This document shows positions 14,832-24,613 of a stretch of DNA of 25,495 nucleotides, one piece after another. Location of the stretch: positions 1 through 25,495 of IMG/VR virus record IMGVR_UViG_3300044711_000040, one strand, 5' to 3'. The notes under the pieces are model-generated. The model was not told the DNA's origin, made no database searches, and saw nothing but the letters and a program-made list of their open reading frames with translations. The stretch is from a virus (lineage: Duplodnaviria > Caudoviricetes). Position 1 is the stretch's first letter; each line of letters starts with the position of its first letter. The position numbers and the translations under genes were made by a program.

Positions 14832-17038
14832 CGGTTGTGGTCCCCGGTGACGAAGTAGCTGTGATAGGTCGCCGTGGCCGATGCGACCTCGCGCGAGTTG
14901 ACCACGACGGTCGTCGGGTTGGAGATATTCACCTCGGTCGAGAGGTCCTTCTCCATGACCGCGTGGGTGGTCTGGGCAACGGCGTGGACCTGCGCCCGCT
15001 TGGCGGCCTCGATCTTGTTGTGGAGGATCGCGGCATCGTGGTGGGCGCGCCCGGCAACGGCGGCCGTGCCGAACCGGACCGCTGCCCGGATCTTCTCGGC
15101 GGCATTGACCGACTGATCGGAACCGAGCCCCACCGCACCCTTCACGCCCTCAACGGCGGTCGTGGTCCGCGACTCTGCGGTGACGGCGGCGACGAGCGCC
15201 TTGTTCAGCTCGGTCTTGCTGCTGTTGATCGCATCCCGAACGCCGTCGATGTTCAACTGGTAGGCGATGGCCTCGGGCGTCAGGCCCTTCGACAGGTCGC
15301 GGGTGTACTGGTTGATCCCGTTGAGCGAGTTCCGGATCGCGGTGGCGTCCGCGGCGTTGCCGAAGGCGGCGGTCTGCGTGACGAGATCGCTGCCCTGCTG
15401 ACGGTTGGCCGCGGACTGCTCGTCGAGATAGCCCTTGAGTTCCAGGAACGCCCCGGCTGCGGCACCGACGATGAACACCTTGCCGATGGCCGACCCGATC
15501 TTGCCCAGTTTCGATGTGCCGGCCGCAGCGACGCCTCCACCCGCCGCCCCGATGCCACCGCCGACCGGGACCACGTACAGGGGGTTCCGAGAACTTCCGC
15601 GCTCGATGAGCTTGTTGAGGAGGGCCCCGCCGGCGTCCTTAAAGATGGCCGTGGGCAGGCCGCCGGTGATCTTGTTGAGCGCGAACCCCCCGATCAGCGC
15701 AGCTTGCAGCGGAGCGGGCAGCGCGCGGAAGATGTCGACGACCTTGCCGGCGACCTGTGCCGACAGCCGGAGGCCGTCGATGATCGGCTTGAAGTCGATC
15801 TCGGCGAGCGCATCGGCGGCCTGCTGGAACCCGGTCGCGAGCTTGTCACCGAAGGCCGAGATGTCGCCCTGGTGGGTGCCGACGAACTCGTTGAGGCGCT
15901 TGAGCAGCGGGGTGATCTTCGGGAGGAGCTTCGACCCGATCGTGATCGCCATGTCCGTCAGGACGTTCTTGGTGATCGTCAACTGCGAATCGAAGGTGTT
16001 GAACCGCTGCTCGGCTTCCTTGGTCAGGGCGGTGTTCTCGGCGAACGCCCGGTTGGCGACGCCCATCTGATCGGAGACGAGCTTCGTGTTGTTTGCCAGA
16101 CCGAGGAGCGTACGTGTGATCCGGGCATCGTTGAACCCGAGATCCTCGAGCACCTGCAACTGCCGAGCCTGGGGCAGCTTGCCGAGGCCCTTGAGAAAGG
16201 TCTGCAACGCGCCCGACGCATCGTCGGCGAAGGCCTTCTGGAAGGTCTTTGCCGACACCCCCGCGATCTTGGCGAACTCGCGGAGGTCCTTTCCCCCTCC
16301 CGCCACCATCTTGGCCGAGTCGATGAAGAACTTCTGGAGCGCCGTACCTCCGGCCTCGGACTCGATGCCCAGCGACGCGACGGCGGATGAGAACCCGAGC
16401 ACATCCTGCGTCGAGACGCCGATCAGATGGCCCGCAGCCCCGATCCGCTCCGAGATCGCGATGATGTCCGATTCGGTCGAGGCTCCCGCGTTGCCCAGCG
16501 CCACGAGGGACGACGCGAACTTGCTGTAGTCGGCCCCGGTGAGGTGGAGGACGTTCGACAGGACGCCCAGCGAGTCGGCGGCCTGGTCGGCGGACAGGTT
16601 GGTCGTCACGCCCAGAAGGGCGGTGACCCGAACGAACTCCTTGAGTTGGGCCGTGGGAACGCCGAGAGCGCCTCCGGCCTCGCCCAAGCGGGCAAGCTCG
16701 GAGGCGCTGATCGGGATCTCTTTGCTGAGCTGGCGGAACCCAGCCGACAGCGCCTTGAGCTGCGGCTCGGTGGCACTGACGGTCTTGCGCACCCCGGCAA
16801 ACGCCGACTCGTAATCGGACGCGGCCTTGACCACGCCGAGCAGGGCCGTCCCAGCCGCCGCCACGCCGATGACCAGGCCGCGCTGGATGTTGTGGCTGAA
16901 CTTGCCGAGCGAACGCTGGGTGTTGCTCGTCGCCGCGTCGAAGCCCTTGAGCGCCCGCGCGGCCTCGCCGAGCTTCGCGTTCAGGTTGCCCTTGAGGTCG
17001 AGTTCAACGACGAGCTTCTGGGTGTCGGCGAACGCCAC
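14828..17038 (-). CDS. tail tape measure protein, TP901 family
   Basis: 736 aa, Ala/Gly-rich helical; DYESAFAGVRKT, LGNAGASTESDI, GIESEAGGTA core motifs. Confidence 0.95.
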   Translation of the reverse strand: MAFADTQKLVVELDLKGNLNAKLGEAARALKGFDAATSNTQRSLGKFSHNIQRGLVIGVAAAGTALLGVVKAASDYESAFAGVRKTVSATEPQLKALSAGFRQLSKEIPISASELARLGEAGGALGVPTAQLKEFVRVTALLGVTTNLSADQAADSLGVLSNVLHLTGADYSKFASSLVALGNAGASTESDIIAISERIGAAGHLIGVSTQDVLGFSSAVASLGIESEAGGTALQKFFIDSAKMVAGGGKDLREFAKIAGVSAKTFQKAFADDASGALQTFLKGLGKLPQARQLQVLEDLGFNDARITRTLLGLANNTKLVSDQMGVANRAFAENTALTKEAEQRFNTFDSQLTITKNVLTDMAITIGSKLLPKITPLLKRLNEFVGTHQGDISAFGDKLATGFQQAADALAEIDFKPIIDGLRLSAQVAGKVVDIFRALPAPLQAALIGGFALNKITGGLPTAIFKDAGGALLNKLIERGSSRNPLYVVPVGGGIGAAGGGVAAAGTSKLGKIGSAIGKVFIVGAAAGAFLELKGYLDEQSAANRQQGSDLVTQTAAFGNAADATAIRNSLNGINQYTRDLSKGLTPEAIAYQLNIDGVRDAINSSKTELNKALVAAVTAESRTTTAVEGVKGAVGLGSDQSVNAAEKIRAAVRFGTAAVAGRAHHDAAILHNKIEAAKRAQVHAVAQTTHAVMEKDLSTEVNISNPTTVVVNSREVASATATYHSYFVTGDHNR

Positions 17039-17041
17039 GGA

Positions 17042-17667
17042 TCACTCCATGCTTCTGAGCTGAGCAACGGACCGGGCGTACTCCGCGGCGAGCTTCGCCT
17101 CGCGCGAGCGTTCCTCGCGTTCCTTGGTGCGCACGTGCTTGCCGACTCCCCGCTCCCAGAGGAGTTGGGTGAGCGCCCAACCGTCCTGCCAGTCGTCGGG
17201 GATCGAGCCGAACTCGGCGCGCAGGATCGCCAGCGTGGCGACGGGGGTCTGGGTCAGCGCCGTGAGCGGCGGCGGGGTGTATCCGTAGTCGGCCCAGTCG
17301 CGGAGGACCGCTTCATCCGACGCAGTAAAGGGGCGATCACGTCCGCCGAGTACAGCGTGTCGCCCTGGTCGCCGATCTCATACTGATCGGCGAACGGCAG
17401 CGCCTCGAGGGCATCGGCGGTCAGGGGAACCGCCTCGCCCCGGGCGTCGACGAGGTTCCACGCCAGCGGGCCTTCGCGGAGGTAGACCGGCATCGCCGAC
17501 ATTGCCGACGGGTCGCCGGATCCCGCGAAGATCAGGCGCACGGCCTCGACCCCGGCCGCGAACGACAGGCGGTCGCGGAACGTGACGGTATCTCCGTCAT
17601 CGTGGCCGTCCTTGCCGTCGTGGGGTGTTCCGGGGCAGGCGCAATCACGGAAGCGAAAGGGGGACAT
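17042..17667 (-). CDS. frameshifted long tail assembly chaperone (about 208 aa, GT-like)
   Basis: -1 frame after C CCT TTA is open for 94 codons to TGA at 17042-17044, 3 nt before the tape measure start. Confidence 0.8.
17254..17667 (-). CDS. tail assembly chaperone (short form)
   Basis: Between major tail and tape measure genes; AGGAG RBS; AWNLVDARGEAVPLT motif. Confidence 0.85.
   Translation of the reverse strand: MSPFRFRDCACPGTPHDGKDGHDDGDTVTFRDRLSFAAGVEAVRLIFAGSGDPSAMSAMPVYLREGPLAWNLVDARGEAVPLTADALEALPFADQYEIGDQGDTLYSADVIAPLLRRMKRSSATGPTTDTPRRRSRR
17326..17332 (-). promoter_or_regulatory. programmed -1 ribosomal frameshift site CCCTTTA
   Basis: X XXY YYZ heptamer in frame (GCC CCT TTA); TTA is a rare codon in this GC-rich sequence. 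Confidence 0.85.
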
Positions 17668-17685
17668 GAGCGCTCCTAGTAGGGC

Positions 17686-18711
17686 TTACGGAAGGGCGGA
17701 CAGGCTGTTGACCACGATCGACTTGAACGCGTACGTGAGCGTCGAGTCGTAGAAGCCGTGGTAGGTCAGGACATAGTTGGTGTTGCCGCCGATCTCTCCC
17801 TCGGTGACTGAGAACAGCCGGACCGGGAGATAGAACTCGGCCATGTACTTCGTCGAGGTGCCCGCGTTCTCGGTCGAGTTGGCGGCGATCTTGATGTAGC
17901 GGTTGGGGACCGGCGTGTCGTCGAGGGTGTTGGCCTCGGCGATCATGGCCGTCGTCTTTTCGACGGTCAGGGTCAGCTCGATCGTCCGCGGCCCACGGCC
18001 GTAGGCGCCGAGCTGGAACCGGGTGTTGGAGCCGTTGGCGTAGCGCTTGAGGTCGAGGTTGTCGCCGATCGTCAGCGACGCTCCCCGGACGGCATCGACG
18101 ATCTGGGTCGCCCCGATCGCGCCGGCCACGGAGTTCAGGTAGAACGCGGTGTCCGCGCCGAACATGAACGCGGGATTGGAATCGACGTTCAGCGCGCCGG
18201 TCCGGTTGCCGTAGGTGGCACCCGCGAACACCCAGTCATCGCTGACCGTCCACGGCCCGAGATCCTGCGGCATCGTCATGCCGAACTGGTTGATGACCCC
18301 GCCGAAGCCGTTGATCCCGGCACCCGCCGAGTCGGAGGTGTCGTCGCCGGTCTGGACGCTGTAGTAGTCGAAGGCGTCAGCGGTCAGGGACGCGGCGGTG
18401 AACGTCCACGTGTACCCGGCGCCGGCGGAGCCGGTCGGGGACACGCCGCCCTTGACGCCTGCCGACAGGCGGATCGGCAGGTCGTTGAACGTCTGCGGCC
18501 CGGCGGCACCGGGCATCGTGACGTCGAGCGCCGTGGCATACGGCGCGATGACCGGATCGAGCGACCCGACATCCACGTCGGGATCGGTCCGGTTCGGGTT
18601 GACGACGATTGCGGAGCGGTACGGCAGGACCCGGGTGGCGGGAACAGCGGTGCCGATGACACTCTGCTTCCCGACCTGGATCTTGCGGAACCGCGTGAAG
18701 CCCTGCGCCAC
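17686..18711 (-). CDS. major tail (tube) protein
   Basis: 341 aa, Thr/Ser/Gly-rich; KIQVGKQSVIGTAVPAT, YTWTFT motifs; upstream of the chaperone; strong purine-rich RBS. Confidence 0.85.
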   Translation of the reverse strand: MAQGFTRFRKIQVGKQSVIGTAVPATRVLPYRSAIVVNPNRTDPDVDVGSLDPVIAPYATALDVTMPGAAGPQTFNDLPIRLSAGVKGGVSPTGSAGAGYTWTFTAASLTADAFDYYSVQTGDDTSDSAGAGINGFGGVINQFGMTMPQDLGPWTVSDDWVFAGATYGNRTGALNVDSNPAFMFGADTAFYLNSVAGAIGATQIVDAVRGASLTIGDNLDLKRYANGSNTRFQLGAYGRGPRTIELTLTVEKTTAMIAEANTLDDTPVPNRYIKIAANSTENAGTSTKYMAEFYLPVRLFSVTEGEIGGNTNYVLTYHGFYDSTLTYAFKSIVVNSLSALP

Positions 18712-18747
18712 GGTCGATGTCCCTTTCTCTCTGGGCTGGACACGAAG

Positions 18748-18769
18748 AAGCCCGTCGGATGACGGGCTT
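18748..18769 (-). terminator. stem-loop (9-bp stem AAGCCCGTC/GACGGGCTT), possible terminator or processing site
   Basis: Intergenic, with short T-rich tails on both strands. Confidence 0.45.
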
Positions 18770-18809
18770 TCGTTGGTGGTTCGGCCCAGAGCGGGCCGGG
18801 GCTGAGCGC

Positions 18810-19241
18810 CTAGGTGCGGCCTTCGAGGATCGAGATGTTCCCGAAGGTGAAGCGGACGGCGGCGAAGTACGTCTCGCCGTCCTGCAGGGACTCGTCCGAG
18901 ACCGTCATGGCATCCCAGACGGTCCCCGCGACGATGTGGGGATAGGAGGTGAACCAGTCGACCAGGAGATCGACTGCGGCGTCCTGCAGGGTCGTCGTCT
19001 CGCCGTTGTCAGTCATCCGGAACACCGCCACGATGGACGGGCTCATCAGCCGCTGGCGCAGGCCGGAATCATGGCCGATCGCTTCTGGGCGAAGGTCGAG
19101 GAACGTGAACGGCATGTCCGTGTTCGACGACGGCGGCCGCGAGCGGAAGTGGCGCAGGATGACGGTCGGGTGGGCCGCGATGAACGCGGTCATCATCGTC
19201 CCGAACCCGGTGACGACATCGCTCCGGAAGGTGGTCGCCAT
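18810..19241 (-). CDS. putative tail terminator/completion protein
   Basis: 143 aa, last neck gene before the major tail protein. Confidence 0.6.
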   Translation of the reverse strand: MATTFRSDVVTGFGTMMTAFIAAHPTVILRHFRSRPPSSNTDMPFTFLDLRPEAIGHDSGLRQRLMSPSIVAVFRMTDNGETTTLQDAAVDLLVDWFTSYPHIVAGTVWDAMTVSDESLQDGETYFAAVRFTFGNISILEGRT

Positions 19242-19242
19242 G

Positions 19243-19692
19243 TCAGGCCGCGGCCTTGTTCCAGAGGGTCACGATGATGTCCTTGAGGTCGGCCACCGCC
19301 TTGCGCGCGCCCGGGATCAGGTACGGGTAGGGCTTGTTGCCCGGGTGGTGGACGAGCCGCGCGAAGTTCGTCGGCTTGCCCCCCGAGCGGAGCCGGCCGG
19401 TCAATCTCCGAGGTCCGCCCCACGCGAGCACCTTGGCCCGCTTCGGGCGGATGACGTGGGGCTTGGCCCCGAGCTCCAGGGATGCCGCGTACGGGGTGTT
19501 GGCGACGACCTTGGCCGAGGTCGCGCTGATCGCGCCGGGCTTGATGTTGCGCTGGAGGAAGCCGGTCCTGCGGTGGACGAGCTTCTGCGCCTCCTGCACC
19601 GTCTTGAGCTGCGCCGCGCGCAGGACCGGGTGGGGGTCGCCGATCGCCTCCAGCCGGCGGATCAGGTCGTCGAGGCCTTGGACGTTAGACAC
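19243..19692 (-). CDS. HK97 gp10-like neck/tail-completion protein
   Basis: VQGLDDLIRRL, RTGFLQRNI, NTPYAASLELG..PHVI.P, VHHPG...PYL motifs. Confidence 0.85.
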   Translation of the reverse strand: MSNVQGLDDLIRRLEAIGDPHPVLRAAQLKTVQEAQKLVHRRTGFLQRNIKPGAISATSAKVVANTPYAASLELGAKPHVIRPKRAKVLAWGGPRRLTGRLRSGGKPTNFARLVHHPGNKPYPYLIPGARKAVADLKDIIVTLWNKAAA

Positions 19693-20323
19693 CGGCCACC
19701 GCCGTCCGGATCCGCCAGTTGTGGACGAACACCGGGGACGACACGGGTTCCGCTCCGAGGTCGATCTCCTCGCCCGTGGGCGTCTGGATCACCCCCGATG
19801 CCCCGGACTTGGCCCGCCAGTAGAACCACGCCGCGAGGAAGCGGACCTGCTCGTACACGTCCGCGGTCCACGTCGGATGGCCCACGAACGAGGTGATCCG
19901 GAGATCGAGCGGGATCGCCCCGTACCGTCGCCAGAACATGTCGAGGTTCTTGTCCCACCACATCGGGTCGGCCTTGAACCAGTCGGCCCGGTTCGTGTCG
20001 AACGCCGCGAGCTGGATCGTCGTCGAGATGTCCGGGTTCCTCCGATCCGGGAGGAGCCAGTAGCCCTGCGTCTCGGTCAGGGCCACCCCGTTGAGGGTCA
20101 CGACCCGCGTGGCGTCGGTCTTCGGGATGTCGGTGATCTGGACGAGCACCTGACCGTCGGTCGAGTAGTCGCGCGTCGTGTTGCTGGCGTAGCTGAACGT
20201 CCGGCTCGTGTCGTGCTCGGCCTGCGCCGTGCCCGAGTTGATGGCGCTCGTGAGCAGGGCGTCGTCACCCGAACCCGTGAGCCCGAGGTAGGTCTTGAGT
20301 TCAGACAGCGTTGGCGCGGGCAT
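19685..20323 (-). CDS. head-tail connector (gp6/gp15-like adaptor)
   Basis: PTLSELKTYLGL...DDALLTSAI...AE..T.RTF N-terminus. Confidence 0.85.
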   Translation of the reverse strand: MPAPTLSELKTYLGLTGSGDDALLTSAINSGTAQAEHDTSRTFSYASNTTRDYSTDGQVLVQITDIPKTDATRVVTLNGVALTETQGYWLLPDRRNPDISTTIQLAAFDTNRADWFKADPMWWDKNLDMFWRRYGAIPLDLRITSFVGHPTWTADVYEQVRFLAAWFYWRAKSGASGVIQTPTGEEIDLGAEPVSSPVFVHNWRIRTAVAGV

Positions 20324-21557
20324 GGGGTTCCTCGAGGAGGGCCAGGAACTCCGCGATCGCGAGGTCCCAGTTGAACGAGCGCTCGACGTGCCTGCGCCCG
20401 GCCGCGCCCATCTCGCGCCTCCGGGCGGGCTTGGCGAGCAGGCCGAGGACCGGCTCGACGAAGCCCTTGGGCACCGCCCAATCCATCCCGTAGGTCGAGT
20501 GGTAGCGGACCGGCTCGCCGTAGCTGTCGTGGAGCGGCGGGATCATCAGCCCGCCGGGGCCGATGACCTCGGATTCGGCGGCCCAGTCCGACGACACGAC
20601 GGGCACCTCGCAGGCCAGCGATTCCGCGAGGGTCAGGCCGAACCCCTCGCCACCGGTCGTGGTCATGTACAGGTCGGCCGCGTTGTACAGCGCGACCAGC
20701 TTGTCGGTTGAGAGCCCGACGAAGGTGTCGGTCATGCCCGTGAACTGGACCCGCTTGTTGTCCCGGATCTCGGGCGGCATCCGCATCAACTCGCCGATGA
20801 GATCGGAGCCGAGCGGGTCGTTGGCGGCACAGTGGAGGATCAGATCCACCTCCGGATCCGCGAGGGCGATCGGGACGAACGCCTCGATGAGCGCCGGGTA
20901 GAACTTGCGGACCGCGTTCCGGTCGGCGCGCAAGATGACCTTCCGCCCGGCCAGCCCGAAGTAGTCCTTGCAGGCGTCCTTGGTCCCCAGCCTCCGTCCG
21001 TCGACGATCACCGGGTCGCGCAGGCTGACCGGCCGGAATACCTGGGTGTCCACGCCGTGGTAGATCCGCGGCACGTACCGCCCGATGTGGGCCGAGATGA
21101 CCCGCTGTCCGTAGTCGCTCATCGCGACCGGCTGGAGCAGACCCCACACGTCGCGCCATGCCGGGGTCAGATTGTCGCCCTCGATCGGGCAGTAGTGGAG
21201 GATCGGGATCGACCGCCACGCCGTCAGCTTGTCCGGTGTGGCCTGCCCGATGTGCGACAGGAGGCCCGTCATGTCCGAGATGACCAGCCCTGCGTCGGGC
21301 TTCCAGTCGTCGAGCGGATCGAGCCGCCGCCAGAACCCGCCTCCGATCACCTCGGCGCTGACGTTGCCACCGTAGTCGTCACCGAAGATGCCCGCCGGCC
21401 AGACCCGCCCCGCCAGTGGTCCCTTGACCGGCTCGCCACGGTGGTTGACCGCGAGGACGCGCACGTCCAGTCCCGCCGCGAGGAAGCGGTTGGCGAGTTC
21501 GACCGTGACCGTCCCGAACCCCGTCGCCGAGTAGTGGCCCCAGATGAGGAGCCTCAC
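20301..21557 (-). CDS. GT4-like (GT-B) glycosyltransferase
   Basis: TGFGTV, IYHGVDTQVF, RNAVRK, LYNAADLYMTTTGGEGFGLTLAESLACEVPVV (E-x7-E motif). Confidence 0.92.
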   Translation of the reverse strand: MRLLIWGHYSATGFGTVTVELANRFLAAGLDVRVLAVNHRGEPVKGPLAGRVWPAGIFGDDYGGNVSAEVIGGGFWRRLDPLDDWKPDAGLVISDMTGLLSHIGQATPDKLTAWRSIPILHYCPIEGDNLTPAWRDVWGLLQPVAMSDYGQRVISAHIGRYVPRIYHGVDTQVFRPVSLRDPVIVDGRRLGTKDACKDYFGLAGRKVILRADRNAVRKFYPALIEAFVPIALADPEVDLILHCAANDPLGSDLIGELMRMPPEIRDNKRVQFTGMTDTFVGLSTDKLVALYNAADLYMTTTGGEGFGLTLAESLACEVPVVSSDWAAESEVIGPGGLMIPPLHDSYGEPVRYHSTYGMDWAVPKGFVEPVLGLLAKPARRREMGAAGRRHVERSFNWDLAIAEFLALLEEPHARANAV

Positions 21558-22591
21558 CGGAGCACCTGCGCGAACAGCGCCCGGATGGCCTGCTCCTCCT
21601 CATCGAAGTCGACGACCTCGCGGAAGCGGGCGGCCATCGCGTCACCCATCTGGGTCCGTGTCTCGGGATCGAGCGAGCGCACGACCCGCCGGATGTCGTC
21701 GGCCGAGCGTCCGGTGATGTCGAACGATGTGACGCCTTCCTGCCAGAGCGGCCCGGCGAGCTGGTTGGCGTAGTAGGACTGGAACCCGATGACCGGACGC
21801 CCGACGGCGGCCCAGTTGTGGATCACATGCCCGAAGCCGTCGCTCCATTGCTTCGTGTGCCACGCGATGTCCGAGGCCCGCATCCGATCCCCGACCTCGG
21901 CGCAGCGGGCCACGTCCTCGGTGGCGTACTCGTCGCGCGGGAGCTGCCCGTACGAGCCGTAGATGCGCCAGTCGATCTCGGTGGCGAGGTGGGCGACCTC
22001 CCGGAACAGCGCGTAGCCCTGCGGGTTCTCCGGGAAGCAGTTGACGAACGACGAGACGACGGTCCGCTCGTGGTCCTCGGGTGGCTCGTGGCGGAAGTCG
22101 TCGAGGCTGAACTCCTGGTGGACGACGACGTGCGGCTTCGGGATCGGCCCCGGCATCAGGCTCGTCACGATCCCGAATGCCGCCAGATCCCAGCGGTCCT
22201 CGGCCATGTCGATCGGGGAGAAGCGGACGTTGCCGAGGTGGATGCCGAACGTCGCCCCGACCTCCGCGGCGAACCGCGCCAAGCCCTCGTGGTTGTGGGC
22301 GACCGACGCGATCACGATGTCCGGTCGGAGATCCCGCGCCTCTTGGAGGCTGAGGAGTTTGTGCAGCCGCCCCGGGTGGGACTTGTCGGCCCGAACGTCC
22401 GTGTCCGTGGGGAGCGGATCGAGGTACTGGCGGGCGACCCGATCGCCGTGCGCCGCCCGCTCGAAGTTCCAGTAGCCCTCGGTGAACCAGTCCATCCCGA
22501 TGGGCCGGTAGAGCGTCCAGCCGAGCCGGGCGCAGAGGAGTTCGAGGCTTTCCCACAAGCACGAGTGATGGAAGTCGGCGAGCACCTTCAT
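21554..22591 (-). CDS. divergent GT-B glycosyltransferase
   Basis: ATG 22591 (ATGA); RPDIVIAS; SDIAWHTKQWSDGFGHVIHNWAAVGRPVI as a degenerate GT4 signature. Confidence 0.7.
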   Translation of the reverse strand: MKVLADFHHSCLWESLELLCARLGWTLYRPIGMDWFTEGYWNFERAAHGDRVARQYLDPLPTDTDVRADKSHPGRLHKLLSLQEARDLRPDIVIASVAHNHEGLARFAAEVGATFGIHLGNVRFSPIDMAEDRWDLAAFGIVTSLMPGPIPKPHVVVHQEFSLDDFRHEPPEDHERTVVSSFVNCFPENPQGYALFREVAHLATEIDWRIYGSYGQLPRDEYATEDVARCAEVGDRMRASDIAWHTKQWSDGFGHVIHNWAAVGRPVIGFQSYYANQLAGPLWQEGVTSFDITGRSADDIRRVVRSLDPETRTQMGDAMAARFREVVDFDEEEQAIRALFAQVLR

Positions 22592-23676
22592 GACGCTGCC
22601 GCCCATTCGATGCGGCTCAGGCGCGTCCGAGGTCGGCCTTCAAGGAAGATCGACCATTCAGCTCCGATCCGGTCGACGCTGAATAGCTCGATGGCCTTGG
22701 CGCGTTGCATGTCGCTGACAATCCGCGCGAGGTCCTCCGAGTTGAGCGCAACCTGGAGTGCCATGCGGACGGCCTCGGGTGTGTACGCGGGGCGATTCGG
22801 ATCACCCGCAACGTTCGCGATCTCGTGGCCCTCGAACAGGCCGTCGGGTCCTGCCCATTGAACCGGGCCGATCGGGATCGTGGGCACCCCCGAGAGCATC
22901 GCCTCGATCAGGCCGAGGGTGTAGGACGCGGGCGTGGTGCCGGTATACAGGTACGCACGGAGGTGGCGGAGGTAGTCGAGCATCGCCGGGTACGAGAGGG
23001 GCCCGAGCCCGCCCTTCTCATCCGAGCCCGCCCCGGCTGGTTGGACGGGGAGCCCTTCGGTGGCCGCCACCCAGAACGGGTAGCCGCAGGCGTCCCCGCG
23101 CTGCTTCATGTGCTGGGTGATGTTGCCGACGACCAGGTTGTCGCCGATCCACGGGCCGTAGTCGTCGGGGTACTTGCCGAACCGGATCAGCGCGTCCTGA
23201 CCGGCCCACTGGCCGATGGCCTCGAAGTAGCGCCGCTCGGCGGGGGAGTAGCGGACGATCTGGAGGCCCTGCCGATGCAAGGGCTCCATGACCATCTCGA
23301 GCCTCGGATCGGACTGGCCGCAAGTGCGCCAGATGACCCGCTTGTGCTTGATCCGGTCCCACTGGCCGACGATCCACTGCTCCGGGAAGTGGTGGACGAT
23401 GATCGCGTCGGCCCAGTCGATGATGTCGTCGTGGAGCGCCGCCTTGCCCCAGTCGATCGCCGGGCCGGGCTCGCCGCGAGCCGCACGGACCTCTTGGAGG
23501 CGGGCCACGAGGTCCGGGTGATGCGGAGCGTCCGGGAGCGCGGGCCGGATGCCCTCACCCGAGCGGGACGGGACTTCGTAGCCACCCGGAGCCCAGACGT
23601 CAAACCCGAGGTCCGAGAACATCCGCAGGTCGTCGAACTCGGCAACGGCGTGACTTGCGAGCAGCAGCAGCCTCAT
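22588..23676 (-). CDS. GT-B glycosyltransferase (GT4-like)
   Basis: MRLLLL N-terminus, ADAIIVHH, AYLYTGTTPASYTLGLIEAMLSGVPTI, C-terminal FS...IGAEW. Confidence 0.8.
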   Translation of the reverse strand: MRLLLLASHAVAEFDDLRMFSDLGFDVWAPGGYEVPSRSGEGIRPALPDAPHHPDLVARLQEVRAARGEPGPAIDWGKAALHDDIIDWADAIIVHHFPEQWIVGQWDRIKHKRVIWRTCGQSDPRLEMVMEPLHRQGLQIVRYSPAERRYFEAIGQWAGQDALIRFGKYPDDYGPWIGDNLVVGNITQHMKQRGDACGYPFWVAATEGLPVQPAGAGSDEKGGLGPLSYPAMLDYLRHLRAYLYTGTTPASYTLGLIEAMLSGVPTIPIGPVQWAGPDGLFEGHEIANVAGDPNRPAYTPEAVRMALQVALNSEDLARIVSDMQRAKAIELFSVDRIGAEWSIFLEGRPRTRLSRIEWAAAS

Positions 23677-23903
23677 CGCGCCACCCGCTCGTAATCAGCG
23701 GTGTAGCCCGAGCCGGATCGGTGCTCAATCTTGACGAGATGCCTTCGCAGCAGATCGCCAGACAGCAGGCGCGACTCGATGCGAATGTGGACGTCCTGCT
23801 GGCGTGCGACCAGCTCGATCGTGTCAGGCTCGATCCTTGCGATGCCGTAGCCAAGCTCCTCAGCCGCCGCGCCGAGATCCGTGAGCCATTCCTTGGCGCT
23901 CAC
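23673..23903 (-). CDS. hypothetical protein (76 aa)
   Basis: 3' part of ORF 23673..24650; GTGA overlap with the FkbM gene and ATGA overlap with the first glycosyltransferase. Confidence 0.6.
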   Translation of the reverse strand: MSAKEWLTDLGAAAEELGYGIARIEPDTIELVARQQDVHIRIESRLLSGDLLRRHLVKIEHRSGSGYTADYERVAR

Positions 23904-24613
23904 TTCGGAGCCGCCCAGAACCAGCCCGTTGCGCCGACCGGCTTGAACGTCAGGACGTGGCTCTCGCCGAGCATCCGCTCCAAGCCTGGAGGGCCGGGAT
24001 CCCCGTGGTACTCGCCGAAGATGTACGGGATGTCGTTGACGAGCGGGCTGTCGAGCAGGCCCCACTCCCCGCCTTCGCAGTCGGTTTTCAGGGCTGCGAC
24101 CTTGCCGCCGGCCAGCTTCACGAGCTGGCGAAGGCTGTACTTGCGGACCTTGCGCGTCTCGTACTCGGGGAAGTCGAGGTTGCCGATGAAGCGGTCGTTG
24201 TGGGACAGGCCGATCTTGACCTCGGACGTCCCGACCGCGCCGTGGACGACCGTCGCGTTGAGCTGGTTCTCGGCGATCGTGGCCTCGATCAGCGCGATAT
24301 TCTCGACGAGCGGCTCGACGATGATCGCGCTGGCCTTCGGGTTGTCGAGCAGGACCGCGAGGCTGACCGTGCCGATGTGGCCGCCGATATCGAGGAACAC
24401 GCCGTCGATGTACAGGTCGGCGAGGTGGTATTCGTCGTCGCCCTTCTGCCACGAGTTCGAGAGCGTGGACAGGACCACCGACAGGTCCGACGTGTGCTCG
24501 CGGATGGCGATCCTGCCCGCATGAGCGCGAGGCGAGGAGATGTCTTCGAACCCGTCCCCGACGCCTTCGATCCGTTGGTCGATGAACGCGGGGATCGGTG
24601 GATAAGCGCTCAT
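23900..24613 (-). CDS. FkbM-family SAM-dependent methyltransferase
   Basis: FLDIGGHIG, IVEPLVENIALI, ALKTDCEGGEW, IFGEYH motifs. Confidence 0.88.
   Translation of the reverse strand: MSAYPPIPAFIDQRIEGVGDGFEDISSPRAHAGRIAIREHTSDLSVVLSTLSNSWQKGDDEYHLADLYIDGVFLDIGGHIGTVSLAVLLDNPKASAIIVEPLVENIALIEATIAENQLNATVVHGAVGTSEVKIGLSHNDRFIGNLDFPEYETRKVRKYSLRQLVKLAGGKVAALKTDCEGGEWGLLDSPLVNDIPYIFGEYHGDPGPPGLERMLGESHVLTFKPVGATGWFWAAPK

Noticed and set aside
14837-16390. Long plus-strand ORFs (also 13335..14858, 3535..4569, 21818..22861, 22705..23694 and others)
   Set aside because: Antisense shadows of well-supported minus-strand genes, expected from GC-rich codon usage; no motifs or starts
20301-24613. Glycosyltransferases as DNA hypermodification enzymes (T4-like glucosyl-hmC)
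   Set aside because: Disfavoured rather than excluded: they lie in the late structural operon and no hydroxymethylase or TET/JBP-like gene is visible in the window
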